A stretch of 64,000 bases of DNA, from assembly GCF_018350175.1 (NCBI RefSeq), contig NC_058383.1, forward strand, positions 27,406,001-27,470,000. Direction: 5' to 3'. The first letter of the stretch is position 1. Each line of letters opens with the position of its first letter. Origin of the DNA: Felis catus. Taxonomy: Eukaryota. Shown piece by piece: positions 37,031-50,402 of this stretch. The notes below the pieces were generated by a model. That model was not told where the DNA came from and did no database searches. It worked only from the letters and a program-made list of their open reading frames with translations. The position numbers were made by a program, and so were the translations under genes.

Positions 37031-37619
37031 CCCAAAGGGTAGGCTCTGTAATCATGCTCAGTTTTAGCTGACGATCTGGAGGCTGAGAGGTTGCATCACC
37101 TCCCTAGGTCATTGAGCTAATAGAGAGATAGGAAGAACTAAGGTCCTGGCGATATTCTTAAGCACTACTCTATGGCGTTTCTTCTAAAGCATCCTAAAAA
37201 CCCACTCAGCTTTTGCATATGAGGGGTGATTGTTAAGTTAATAAATAAATTCTTGAAAAGCAGAGCGTCATGAGCAATCTTTGTATTTTAAGTCTGGACA
37301 CCACCTAGGATACCCTAAGACTGTAAGCTCTTGGAGGGCAGTGAGAGTTCCGGGTTGCTCATCTCTAGTAACAGTGATGTAAGGATGAAATGAGTGGTTG
37401 TGAAATGAGTGGTAATGTGTTTAGCACAGTTTCTGGTGTTGTAGGGTTTATTTTATAATTATGACTTGTATTCATATTCTTCCTATGATACAGTAGCACC
37501 TAGGACAGAGCAGATGCTCCAGAAATACTTGCTGTGGGTCAAGTCTTTGAAAACTACACACAAGTATCTCCTTACCCCCTCTCTATCCAAGTCTCCAAAT
37601 CCGGAGGATCATACCTCTT

Positions 37620-37930
37620 TGACTTTTGGCATCAGGCTTGGCCACTGAGCTTGTTTTAGTTAGTGAAATTTGAGCAGAAATGATTAGGGCTCTTCTCTTC
37701 TATGAAGAAGGCTTAGAAACCATTATGTGGCTCACTCTGATCTTGTTTTGCCTTTGACATGAGACCAGCAACATCCCAGATATAAGCTGCTCCAGAGACT
37801 AACCCTGGATGCCAGAGTTGAAGACAACTTGAAATGTGAGCAAGAAATAAACCTTTGTTGTTCTGAGGCATGGCGATTTAGGGGTCATTTGTTACTGCAG
37901 CATATCCATTCCTATCCTGACTGATGCACA
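37620..37930 (+). mobile_element. Old MaLR LTR remnant (MLT1)
   Basis: TGTGAGCAAGAAATAAACCTTTGTTG...TTTGTTACTGCAGCATA..CCTATCCTGACTGATGCA. Confidence 0.75.
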
Positions 37931-40779
37931 CTGTATTATGTGATTGGAGTAGTAGTAGTATCACCTCCGGATTTTACATGTTTTTGAACAAAATGAATGT
38001 GCATGAAAACAACCCTGTAGATGGAGCAGAATTGTGGAGAGCAATGGAAGGAAGTGTATTCTAGCCTGGGCAGGAGAATCACAGACAGACCAATGTGGCC
38101 ACAGGTGGAGTATCAGTGGTGCTGCTGGTGGTGGTGGGGATGTGACTAATGAGGCTGAAGGTGAGTAAATTAAGTAATTTCTTTCCTTGTCCCCAAACCA
38201 CTAACTTCCATTGTTATTTCTCACCTGGTAGACACAATGTCATTTATTTCCTTTTCACCGAGAAAGAGTCCAACTGGAGAAAATATATAAAGATAAATAT
38301 ATAAAGAAATTATGGAAACCCCAAGCCTACTATGCTCACTTCCTCCTAGGAGATGATCAGCAGTGTTGCTTGCCATAGATCCTTTGTGCATTTACACACA
38401 TAGATAGCTCCTGCAGCACAAATACACGGAATTATACTATATGTATTGTTTGTGATTTGCTTTTTTATTTTAACTTAGCGTTTTTCTTGGAGATCTTTCC
38501 ATGACACTCAGTAGAGGTCTATCTCATTTTTATAATGGCTTCATATTACTCCGTGATGTGGATGAAGTGTAATTTCACTTTCTCACTATTAATGGACATT
38601 TATATCCATTTGAATTTTTACCTCTTTCTGTGATTCATGGGCTCCAATAGCTCCACTAATGTCAGGCTTTACAACGTGGCAGTATAAATGACCACATTTT
38701 TCTCTCACGAAATTTGTAAACGTCTTATCAACAGCAGCACGGGGGTGGATGTGTGTTTTGGCTGCGAATACTCCATGACCAGGCCATGGCAGTTCCTTCT
38801 GGAGGCGGATGCTGTGTTCATCTGCACTGTCTCAGAGGGGAGGGGAAAGCTCCCAGAAGAGCACCCATCCCCATCTCTGATCCCCACTTCTTCTCTCCCC
38901 TCTCTTAGGCACAGGAACTGTCCACAGTTCCTCAAAAGGTTCCAGGTCAAAGTGCTTCCTGTCCTTTGGCCCAAGAACCATATCCACTTACAAGTGGAAT
39001 CTTGATTAATTTTCCACTTGGGCTTGGGGCACTTCCCTAAACTCTTTCGAAAGCTTACTATTCATTTATTTATTTTTGTTTCTTGCTCTCTCCATCTGTG
39101 TCTGTCTCTGCCATTCCCTGTTTCTGTTGGGCTGTCTGTCTCCTTCTTTACTCTTCCACCCCAAGATACAAAATTCCATCCTTGGTAGATAACAAATATA
39201 TCCTTAGTAATGATCATAAATAGCATTGTGCAGGGTGAGGGAACAGGATGCAGCAACTCTGTGGAGATGAGACAAGAATTCATTACTTGGAGCTTTCCGG
39301 GTGCCACACCCAAGACCTTGTGCCCACTAGAGCACTCAATGCCACCCTGTTGATTCTAAGATGCTGCCCTTACCATGTTGACATTTCCAAAGCCAGCATG
39401 TGTTCTATGATACAAGTTTACTTTTAATGTAGCGTTTAAAAAATAACCAATGGCATTTTATAATTGGAGTAAATTCCTGTAAGAGTGATTCAGTCACCCC
39501 TGCTATTAGGAGCAGAGTAGAGGATGACTGTAAATGAAATGGTGAAGGGCATCCACAAGGGCATGGCTCTCTTCCCTCTAGTCCTGTCCCTACCATGCTT
39601 ACCATGCCTAAAATATCCACTATTCACGTTCTTTCTTCAGAGCTTTAAGGAGCCTTGGGCTCCAGGGGTGGTCCCCTAACTTGGAAAACCAAAGCATTAG
39701 CATATCCTGGCTAGAGTGAATGATTCAGGGACAGGCATACCAAACAAGTTGGGCCACTGGGATTTCTTCTTGGAAAGATCACAGAATCATCAGGAAAGAG
39801 GTCTTCTTGATTGGTAATAAGCTAATGGGATATACAGGTCCAGAGTTGGAGGGGGCCATCAAACCCGATGGAGATGAAGCTATCCCAAGAATTCAGAGTC
39901 CAAAGATGGAGAGACGGAATTCCTAATGCCATTATAGAGCACCTGAATCTAGGTGTGCCTGAGGCTAGGTAATTCAGCCCTGTTGAACTGGGCTCCTGTC
40001 ATATGCACCACCTCTGTCCAGATGACACGGCTGCAAATGTGTGCTGCCACAAAGCAGGGCCAAGTCCTCAAAGAGGAGAAGGGGATGGGAAAGCTTGGAG
40101 CATAGGGGAAGGGGGCAAGGATACAGTGAGATGGGAGACGGGAAACATACTGGGGCACTGAGAGGGGCCATGTGGTGACAAGGAGACCATGAATGAGCAT
40201 GCCTCCAGGGGCCTCCTAGTTGGGCCCATCCCTCTTTCCCCTCCTAGGACAGCTCTATCCCCTTTGCCTCCTGCACCTTTACCCTTGGACCACCTTTCAG
40301 ATATTCCACACATCCTATGGACCTCTTCCTCAAGGTATTTTCACATTTTGTCTTTTGTTTCTGGACTGTTCATGCCCCATTGTCAGCTAACACCTCCATG
40401 AGCCCTGAGCTCAAAGATCTTCTAGGGAGGCCGACCCGACACCCAAACCAGGCAGATCCCCCTGCCAGTCACCCTTAGGGCACCGTGCGTCTCTTCTCCT
40501 AGTACCCTTAGAGCACTGAGCGTCATTCCTAGTACTGTCCCCATTTGCAAGGATACATGTACACATATGTCTGTATGTGATAATCTGGTTAATGTCCTTG
40601 TTTTCCCTTAGACTGTAGGTTCCCTGGGGTGAAATCTCTGTCTCTATTCACAATCCGATCCCCAGTGCTTCATGCATGCCCAGCACTTCATAGGTGCTCA
40701 ACAGACATTTGCTGGATGACAGAATCAGGGTCTCACTTGGGTGAAAGTTCCCCAGGGCACAAAACTGCTGAGTTCAGGC

Positions 40780-40985
40780 TCTGCAGTCAGAATTGGGATC
40801 ACTGGCTGTGATCTTGAGAAGGTCACTTACACTTGTAAGCCTCCGTTTCCTCATCTGTGAAGTGGGGATAACAGTGGCACCCACTTCCCAGGGAAGTGCA
40901 AAGATCACATGAGCTATTACCTGTAAAGCACTGAGAACAGGGCTAGGCCCACGGTCAGCATAGAATAAAGGTGAGCTGCGTTTAT
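40780..40985 (+). mobile_element. MIR
   Basis: CTGGCTGTGATCTTG...GCCTCCGTTTCCTCATCTGTGAAGTGGGGATAACAG. Confidence 0.85.
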
Positions 40986-41254
40986 TCTGGCCAGGGCCCC
41001 TCCAGCTGCTGCTGCTGACAGGGACAGAACCAATCTTGTGTTGCTGTAGAACTGATGTTCCACTGTGGGGTGTGGATTTTTCAGGAGAATGTGTCCTGTC
41101 CCCAAGCCAAATTGAAACAAACATGAGAATAACTATGAAAACCCTGGCAGAATGATGACTTGGTCTTCCCTAGCTTTTGCAGCCCACTGCTGCTTACGGA
41201 TCCATGGACCAGCCCTGTTCACAGAAGCATCACCAGGTATCTAACGGGTCCTCA

Positions 41255-41410
41255 CGTGGGGTGTTTCTCATGCTTTAACGCACTCAAGAATCACCCGGGA
41301 GGCATCTTTCGAAAGTGGGGATTCTGATTCAGCAGGTCTGGGCTGGGGCCCGAGATCCTGCATTTCTAACCAGCTCCCAGGTGGTGCTGGTGGGCAGACC
41401 ATGCCTTGAG
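41255..41410. mobile_element. MER5-family hAT MITE
   Basis: AGAATCACCCGGGAG...GATTCTGATTCAGCAGGTCTGGGCTGGGGCCCGAGATCCTGCATTTCTAACCAGCTCCCAGGTG. Confidence 0.8.
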
Positions 41411-42136
41411 CGGCCAGGCAGAGGCACTTGGGGAAGCAGTCACCAGCGTTCCCAGGAATCTCACTGGCTCTGGCGCCCTGCACTGTTGAGAGGGTGAGTG
41501 ATTGAGAAGAAAAGAAAACAACCTGAAATGGAAATAAATACTCTGCACCACAATCTCATTAATGTCTAAAATTAGAGTAACATAATTAAAAATTTAAAAG
41601 CTAGATTAAAGCGTGTCGGTCTGAAATCGAGTGCTGAACGATGCTGTGGCTCTCTTTGCTCTTTCCTTAACGGTTGGTGCTAACGGGTATTTCAAAGACT
41701 ACTGGGTTACATGTTGTTCTTTGTGATTTTTAATTATCACCAAATACCTCCAAACTGGCCCTGTTTTCAATATGACTTTTCCAGGACATGGCTGCCGTGG
41801 CTCTCTGAAAATGTTCAGGCATGAGGAGTCCTTGGCCCCGTCCTCCCACTGACATCGAGGTCCACTGGGATGGAAAGAGAGACTTGCTCACTCTACAAAG
41901 TGGAGGTGAGCACCAAATATGTGTCAGGCCAGTCATGGTGACTAGCATAGATATTACTGAGATTCCCATTTTCTAAGTGAAGAAATAGAGATTCAGAGAG
42001 GTAAAGTTAGCGGTGTGGGGTCACAAAGCTAATTAGTGGAGGGTCTCTGGGATGCTAACACAGATCTGTCTGACTTTCAAATATCCATATTCTTTTTATG
42101 GCATCTCTGAAGAACAAACCATCGTGGGGCTTCACT

Positions 42137-42138
<2 letters not shown>

Positions 42139-42178
<40 letters not shown>
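42139..42178. repeat. (TG)n microsatellite
   Basis: About 20 units. Confidence 0.97.
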
Positions 42179-42181
<3 letters not shown>

Positions 42182-42999
42182 CACGGGGACACACACGTGT
42201 GTAGGCAGAGGAGGGAGGAAGTGCAAACAGAAAGCGAGACAGAACAAACATCCAGTCGTAAAATGTCTGTCTCTTTGTTTTTGCTTCAGCTGCCATACTG
42301 GACCCATTACCAACTGATATAATTTACTACGTGTTTTAACAGAATTGGACCAAGGGATTTGTTGCCTCAGCAGAGTCACAAAGCACTTAGTTGCTCAGGC
42401 TCTAATTCTGGTCCTGGAGTCATAAGTCTGTTCTCATCCAACAGGAGATTAAGATCCCAAGGGTGAATATTATCTTGGTGCCATCCCTGACTGCCGTGAC
42501 TTTAACCCTGGAGCAGAGAAGGTTGTCCTCCCTCTCCGCCCGGCTAGGTGGACAGTGAAGGCAAAGTGGGGTGGGGAGGGGTCCGTGCGGTGAGGCATGG
42601 GTCATGGTGGCCACTCTTTAGTGGCATGCATCTTCTGTTTCTGCCAAGCTTCTCTCCTGAGTCCTCTGAGACCTGCAGTTTTCCCAAAACATCTTCCTAT
42701 AAACCTGATTTCCTTCAGTGAAGTGCGCTATTCTCAAAGAGTCCTGGGAGAGAATTTTGTCTATCCTGGAGTTAGATCGGAAGGACATGGATGTAGGGAA
42801 AAGATGGGACAGTAGCTTTCCACTGAAGATACCATTTTCACCCAGGTAGATAAGCCTCAGAGGCGCAGTCTGCCATGTTTATTCATTTCAGAAGAAAACA
42901 AAGACCTATTCACGTGCCAGCCAGTCTTCTGGACGCTGAGCCTACCACGGTGAACAAAGCTTGGATTCTAGAGGATACAATATTAAAAATGCAGCTAAA

Positions 43000-43550
43000 T
43001 CATAAAATGGTCCAGCCTCTATGGACAATGACTGGGTCCTTCAGCAAGTCAAACATAGAATTACCCTATAACCCAGCAACTGCCCTCCCAAAAGGATTGA
43101 AAACAGAAACAAATGTCCATAGCAGCACTATCCACAGTAGCTCAAAGGGTGGAAACTCAGATGTCCATCAAAATGCGGTATAAACATACAATGGAATATT
43201 ATTTGGCCATAAAAGGAATAAAGTTCTGATATGTGCCACAACATGGATGGACTTCAAAAACATGGTCACATATTGTATGATTCCATTTACAAGAAATATC
43301 CAGAATAGGTAAATCCATAGCAACAGAAAGCAGATTCGTGGTTAGCAGGTTAGAGAAATGGGAGGGGCTGCTTACGGGGAAAGACGTTTCCTCTAAGGGC
43401 GATGAAAGTGCTTTGGAACTAGGAGGAGGTGACAGTTGCCTGACACTGTGAATGTGCTAAGTACCACTGAATTATATGCTTAAAATTATACACTTATAAT
43501 TATACATTATACACTTAAAATGGCTAGTTTTATGTTAACTTAATTTCACC
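43000..43550 (+). mobile_element. Ancient L1 (L1MB-like) 3' end
   Basis: AAACATAGAATTACCCTATAACCCAGCAA...GGTCACATATTGTATGATTCCATTT...CCAGAATAGGTAAATCCATAG. Confidence 0.85.
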
Positions 43551-43976
43551 TGACTTTCCACCTCGAGGGGCAACTGGGAGGAAAAGTGAGACCTTAACGT
43601 CATCAGTCAACTAAAAACAGGTTTAACGATTCTCCAGAATTTCCCCAGTGTGGGGCTGGAGAACAAAGAGAAGAGATGGGAGAGCAGGTGAAAGACATCA
43701 GTTAGGTGGCCCGGTGTGGATGCCTGAGGACCACTGGCCAGAGAAGACTCTCCAGTGAACTTTACTAAACCATCTGGCTTAATGCTCTGTAAAAAGATAA
43801 GGAAACTGAGTCCCAGGGCAGCAAAACATTCACAAATGACAATAAATGGCAAAGCCAAAAATCAAGCATACTTTTCTCTTGCTGTGGAATGTTTTCAAAG
43901 AGTCTTTGAAGAGAAAAATCAATACTGAAGCTGAACTCCCTGCAAATTTACACTCACATAAATGGAAGAGAGGACA

Positions 43977-44385
43977 TGCATCCATCCACCCACCCATGCA
44001 ATTTTCCATACTTCCTTCCATCCATCCATCCATCCATCCACCCACGCAATTTCCCTTCCTTCCATCCATCTATCCACCCACCCATCCATCCATCCACCCA
44101 CCCAATTTCCCTTCCTGCCTTCCTTCCTTCCTTCCTTCTTTCCTTTCTTCCTTCCATCCATCTATCCATCCACCCATCCATCCACCCACCCATCCATCCA
44201 TCCATCCATCCATCCACCAACCCAATTTCCCTTCCTTCTTTCCTTCCTTCCTTCCTTCCTTCCTTCCTTCCTTCCTTCCTTCCTTCCATCTATCCATCCA
44301 CCCATCCATCCATCCATCTATCCATCCATCCATCCACCCACCTATCCATCATCATCCACCCACCTATCTCATATCCGTCCATCCA
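43977..44385. repeat. Compound (CCAT)n/(CCTT)n repeat with higher-order units
   Basis: Alternating CCAT/CCAC and CCTT tracts joined by a recurring CAATTT(T/C)CC linker. Confidence 0.95.
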
Positions 44386-44669
44386 TGTCATCATTCAGCA
44401 AGTATTTATAGTACATATACTATATAAGTTGAGGTTAGGGTTGTCAGAGGTGGTCCTGCAGGACCTTAATGGTCAAGGAATTTGAATTTTATTCTAAGAG
44501 TAATTGGGACCCATGCAAAGGTTTTAAGCTGGGGTGACCTAATACTATTTAGATTAAAATTATTGGTTTGTGGATGATAGGCTGTAGGAGACAAAAGAAG
44601 GAGCAGAGAGATGTAGTCTCTAAACGACATAGCCCAACAATCCTATTGCCTTTTGTAACCTGGACTTCC

Positions 44670-45030
44670 TGAATTGCTGCTGTGTACCGGGCCCAGGCAC
44701 TCTGGTACAAAAATGATCAGGGAGTATTTCCTACCCTCCTGGAGCTGACACTGCAGTGCGACAGACATAAGGAAGCCAGCAATTGTGACTAGGGATAGGA
44801 TATCAGGACACCCAGATACTGATAGCACAGGTAGGAGCTCCCAAAAAAGCTTAATGAGGCAGAGGCACCAGGGAAGTCTTCTTGGAGGAATTGGCATTTA
44901 AGCTGAGGATCTAAAGATGACTGGAACTCAGGTGAGGAAGGCATTTTTGGCAAGGAAAACAGCATGAGCAAAGGCACTGAGGCACAGCACAGCCATGTGT
45001 AAAGCCACATAAGATTCCTTCAGGAATGAG
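44670..45030 (-). mobile_element. L2 fragment
   Basis: CCAGGCACTCTGG...CCCTCCTGGAGCTGACA...CAGGGAAGTCTTCTTGGAGGAA..GGCATTTAAGCTGAG. Confidence 0.75.
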
Positions 45031-45062
45031 GCAGAATATTACCACATCGATATGTGGAGGTG

Positions 45063-45063
<1 letters not shown>

Positions 45064-45097
<34 letters not shown>

Positions 45098-45130
45098 CAT
45101 GCATGTGTGTGTGTGCACGCGCGTGTGTGT
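45064..45130. repeat. Imperfect (TG)n microsatellite
   Basis: Seen directly. Confidence 0.95.
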
Positions 45131-45215
45131 AAGGTACAAGTGATCAGTATGGGTGGGAAAGGAGGGTGGCTATGTTTCCAGAGCCTGGGTCATGTCAGAC
45201 CTTATATGGACATTC

Positions 45216-45393
45216 TTTTTTTTAAAGTTTTTTTAAGTTTATTTATTTATTTTGAGAGGCCGGGGGGGAGGTTTGGCAGGCAGGGGCTGAGAGAGAATCC
45301 CAAGCAGCCTCTGCACTGTCAAACTCATGAACTGCGAGATCATGACCTGAGCTGAAGTCAGATGCTTAACTGACTGAGTCACCCCGGCACCCC
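45216..45393 (-). mobile_element. CAN-SINE with an internal deletion
   Basis: T tail, GAGAGAATCCCAAGCAG, GAGATCATGACCTGAGC..., ends GGCACCCC. Confidence 0.9.
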
Positions 45394-45846
45394 AAGAACT
45401 TGTATGTGATATTCGGATGGTAGTGGGGAGCCAATGATTATAAACGGGAGAGAGCATAAGTTCTTTCTCTCTTCAGCACCTCTCTCAATAGAGCCATAGA
45501 CTGAGAGAGGGGCTATTTTAAGGCTTAAGATCTTAGGAAGCAAATTTTATATGCTGTTTTTTGATATAAGGTGTATGTTTGGGGAGCCTAGTTCCGGGAG
45601 CAATTATTTCTCTTGTAAAAAAAATAACCTTTCTCCCTATTATACTAATAATCTGTTTGTTCTGAAAATTTAGAAAATACGGACTAGAAACATAAGCAAA
45701 AACTTAAACCTGCGGTCTCACCACCTGGCGATGCCTCCGTTAGCATGGTATCGGGCATCCTTCCTGTCATTTACGATTACATAATTGTGACTTTTATACA
45801 GATGAGCTCATACTCTGCACACTGATCAGTTGCTTTTCCACTTATC

Positions 45847-46308
45847 AGTATTATTTCCTAGAGCTGCCGAAACAACCCTGGGTGGCTTAAAACAACAGAA
45901 GTGTATTGTTTCAGTCTGGAGGCTAATGTCCAAAGTCAAAGCACCCGCGGGGCCCCGATGTTTCCGAAATCTGTGGGGGAATCCTTCCATGCCTCTCCTA
46001 GCTTCTGGTGGCTGCTGGAAATCCATGAGGTTGCTTAGCCTGCAGTGGCCTTACTCCAATCTCTGCCTTTATCATATGTGACATCCTCCTGTGTGTCTCT
46101 GTCTTCACATGTCCATCTTCTTATAAGGACCTTGGTCCAATTGGATTAGGGGCTTCTGACTCCAGTATGACCTCCTCTTAACTAATTACATCTGCAACGA
46201 TCCTATTTCCAAATAAGGACATAGTCTGAGATACTGAGAATTATGACTTCAACATGTCTTTTTATTCTTTCTTTTTGCGGGGCAGGGGTGGAGGACATAG
46301 TCTATAAT
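45847..46308 (-). mobile_element. MaLR solo LTR (MLT1C-like)
   Basis: CTGGGTGGCTTAAAACAACAGAA...CTTATAAGGAC...AACTAATTACATCTGCAACGA.CCTATTTCCAAATAAGG. Confidence 0.88.
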
Positions 46309-48039
46309 AGCTTCTCCTGCCATTGAATGTTGCTTTACAATATGATTTTTTAATGGCTATAAAATATTCTATTTCGTGGACCTACAAATGTTCAGGGATC
46401 GGTCTCTGTTCACCCTGAATATGCAACCTGTGACCTATCTTTGTCCAGCCCTGTGCAGTGACAGCAGCCATCACCTTGACAACAATGAAGATCTGAATTC
46501 ACCAAAGCTTCCCCTCCCCACCTAGTTCCTACTGACAAGGAAGGATGGTGGACTTAGGTTCTCTTTTTAAAAAATCCTCTTAAATACAAGGGCAAGACGA
46601 AAAGGGGAGACTTCGCACCAGAGCAGTCAATTGATCAGAATTTCCTTCCGCACATTTCCAGTTAATCCAGATGTGACCACATTTTGGAACGCACCCAGTT
46701 CTAAGCAGTGATTCATCAGCTACTCAGCTGAGTCCAACAAACGTTTTATTCAACCTGCTTTAGGAGTGTAGGCGAAAATTTTCCAGCCCCAGTTTCTTAG
46801 GATGCCACCAATTATCTCAAAGGATGTTGCAACAGACTAAAAAGAAAGTTTATTTATTGGTTGGTTTGTTTTAAATCATAGAACGTCCCTTTTCTGAGCG
46901 GGGGAGCTTCAGAAGCACGTCTTAGCAAACACTCAGAGCAACAGTAATTCAACATTGCCTGTTGTGATTGTAAAGGGTTTTTCATATATATTCTTGCGTT
47001 CGATTCTCCAGCCAACCCAGCCTGATGCAGAAGGAACGTTGTTACGTGAGGCTCCAAAGTGCCTTGACTTCCCAAACCCTCTTAGCTTATAACCACCACC
47101 ACTGTGGGGAGCTTAGTTAGCACTGGAGACACAGTCTTACTTAATTTTCCCCCAAACACAGGGGAAAACTGCCATACCCTTCCCCCTTCTAGAGCAAACT
47201 AAATCTTAGAAAGCATGCTGTCGTGCCTGAGCTCACCCAACTAGTGACCACAGAAGATGGGTCCTGAAGCCAGGCTGCCTGGCTCCCTGGGGTCACATTT
47301 GTGACCTCTAAACTGTGCTATGAAGGGCTCAGACCGGCTTCTGATGTCCTTGCTGGTTCCTGACTCTTTTAGCCCCATGACCACATTTAGGTCAACGGTA
47401 GCAGTGTATCTCCATTTGAAAGTGGATGAGATAATACACACCTCTGGGAGCACTGGACCTTGTTCTATTACTTATGACAGGCAGGCAAGGACTCCTGGTG
47501 ACCGGTCATGCTGGGTGGCACTTGGCACCGACAATGGCAGAATTATTTAAAGATTTTCCAGATAGAGGGAGTTAGTGCCCTGTCACTTGATAGGAGAGAA
47601 TCTACTGGGGTTCCCATGGCCCCCAGACTGTGCATGGATAGTCTTTAGGGGATATATGGATGAATCTCTCTAGTATACGTGTTTTCCTGGAAGTTAGTCC
47701 GCATCCCTCTTCATGAGAATTTGTAAGGTCCTTGTGACCCAGAAATAGGCCCAAACCAAAACCAGTGTATATTGTCTCATATTCATATGGCAGGCTTTAT
47801 GGGAACCACTGTGGTTTTCTACTGAGAAAAGCCTATTGCTTTGGAGTATTGGTATCACAGTAGACACAGAGCTCAAAGGGAACTCCAACCCACGTACACA
47901 GCGGCTGCTTAAGAAATGCTGGGTGGGGAAGAAGAGGCTTTGAAGAGAGAAGCTCTGTCCACTGGTCTGAGGAGGAAAGGCAGTGATGCGTCCAGAGCCC
48001 TGGGATGATAACCACCCAAACACGTGGCAGCCGGGGCTC

Positions 48040-48620
48040 TATCTCCATACAACTGCTGGGTCCCTGCCCTCCTCATCTCTGCTGTGAGCACCTTGGTCCA
48101 AGCCACCAGGAGCCAAGTGTGGTCACTGGTCTCTCTACATGCACTCTTGTTCTCCTCTCTCCATTGGTCTCACAATGATCCTGCCTTCTTCTTCCACAAA
48201 GCCCTCCAGGGTGTCCCGCTGCCCTCAGAATGCATCTAAGCTCGGGGCGATGGCTGCGAAGCTGAAATGACCTCCATCAATCCATTCTGGCAACGCTGCC
48301 TTCTACCCTAGAGAACCTGGAGCTTGCTGCTCCGCCAGGCCTCTGCGTTTGCTGGAACCTTCCGCCCCTAGATCTTTGCAGGGCCACGTCTTTCTCATCA
48401 GTCAGGTCTCTGGGGACGCGGCTTCTCGGGAGAAGTCATCGTTCTAAGGTAATACGATGTTTGCTTTTCTTCGCGGCCCTTATAACCATCGAGATTGGTC
48501 TCCTTTAGTCAGTTACTTATCACCTAGCTCACCCTGCGGGACATAAGCTCCACTGGGTAGTGTCTGAAACGCAGATCCTTAATCACTATTTGTTGAGAAG
48601 GAAGGGATGGATAGGTGGGC
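48040..48620 (+). mobile_element. L2 fragment
   Basis: CACCTTGGTCCAAGCCACCA...TCAGGTCTC...ATAAGCTCCA...TATTTGTTGA. Confidence 0.6.
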
Positions 48621-49624
48621 ACGTGGGTGACGCTCTCCTTCAACCTGTTCCTACAGGGACACCTGGAGTAGACAAGTGTTGGAAGGTTACCCAGGAATGA
48701 CCGCTTCCTCCAAAGCACAGGAGGCTCATCGTCACCCCACTTAGTAGTGAATTATGTTACCTGCTGGTGAGGGCGATGCCACAAGGCCTGTAATTAGTTC
48801 CCTGATTATTCACAATTGAAGCGATCACGGCTAACGGATGGTGTTCACCACGAAAACCTGCAGGAGAGCCAGGCCGTTTGGCAGCTACCACGTTCCCAAG
48901 AAGGCAGATCAATTTCCGTTTGATTTGTTTAAAAATAACAAATAAACAAGGTGGAACCGCTTGCAAGGTTTGGGTTCCTCCTTTTCTGAAATTTGGGGAG
49001 AGGAGGCAGCTTGAAATTGCCAGTTAGGAGACAGGCAGAGCCCATTCACAGCTCAATCGGATTCCCCTATAATCATAGCTAATAACTGTATTTTTCTACT
49101 ACTAAACAATTCCGTTCCTTTAAAGCTTCTAGTTAGCGAGCTAGCTGAACGATACTCGGGGGCTAGCCATGGAGAAGACGCCCCTGAATGCAACACCAAA
49201 GCCCGTTTTTTCCCACTTTGTTCTAATTTTATCACAGGCCAACAGGCAAGCCGTTGACACTCTCGGGGAGAGACACTGGACAGTCGGGTTTTTTAAGAAG
49301 CTCAGAAATGCACACCTTTCCCTCAAATACAAAAGTGACCAGGGTTTCCATGAGTTAAAAAGGCTTCTCTACTTGAGCTCACTCTTAATCTGGTTTCTTC
49401 CCTGACCTATACTACTCCCGAACATCTAAATAGGTCCCTTTCCCAGCTAAACCCTTCTGTGGCTTCCCACTGCCACCACGATACGCCAGTCAGGTGACCT
49501 GTTCGTCTCTGCTGGCCTGTCCCCCGCCTACGGGTCCCCTGCCCTCTCACTCCCCCACGACACTCTCCCCGCTCTGTTGCCTTCAGGCCCCAACAGAGTG
49601 GATTATCGTCTACATGCAGAAGGG

Positions 49625-49830
49625 TCGTCAAAGTTAGGGACTCTGGAAGCCAGGATGCCTGGTTCTAATTCCAGCTCCACTACCTTTGAGCTGTGTGACC
49701 TGGGGCAAGCCATTTGACCTCTCGGGGCCACAGGTGCAACATCTATAACATGGGGATAATGGAAGCATTTGCCTCACAAAGTAGCTGTGAGTATTAAGCC
49801 CATTGATGGGTGCTCTGTGCCTCGGTTACT
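49625..49830 (+). mobile_element. MIR
   Basis: GACTCTGGAAGCCAGGATGCCTGGTTC...AGCTGTGTGACCTGGGGCAAG. Confidence 0.85.
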
Positions 49831-49907
49831 TGCGAGTCCTGCTCCTCCAAGGGGCTTTTCTTCCTCTTTGTACATGCTGTTTCCTTTGTACAAAGTAAAC
49901 ATTCTTT

Positions 49908-49944
49908 TTTCAAAAAAATTTTAAATGCGTTTTTATTTATTTTT

Positions 49945-50004
<60 letters not shown>

Positions 50005-50184
50005 GTGGTGGGGCGGGGGGAGGGGAGGAGCGGGCAGAAAAAAAGGGAGACAGAGAATCCCAAGCAGGCTCTAGGCTCTGATCTGTCAGCACAGAGCCTG
50101 ATGTGGGGCCTGAACCCGTGAACCACAAGAACATGACTTGAGCCCAATTTGGCTGCTTAACCGACTGAGCCACCCAGGTGCCCC
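49908..50184 (-). mobile_element. CAN-SINE with an expanded (GA)n
   Basis: Perfect 17-bp TSD CAAAGTAAACATTCTTT at 49891-49907 and 50185-50201. Confidence 0.95.
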
Positions 50185-50402
50185 CAAAGTAAACATTCTT
50201 TACGCACCCCAAACTTACTGCCTTGTTTGACTCATCCTTCTGTTTCCAGCTTAGATATTACCTCTTCTAGAACTCCCGAGACCCCAGACCCGTGGATGAG
50301 GTCCCTTTCTCTGGATCCAACAGCACCCTCACGTCTTCCATCGCACATGTCACCCCCGGTGTATTTTAATCACCCGCTTATATGTCTGTCTTGCCAACGG
50401 GC

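Noticed and set aside
43830..44485. Overlapping 150-190 aa ORFs
   Set aside because: Translations of stop-free CCAT/CCTT simple repeats
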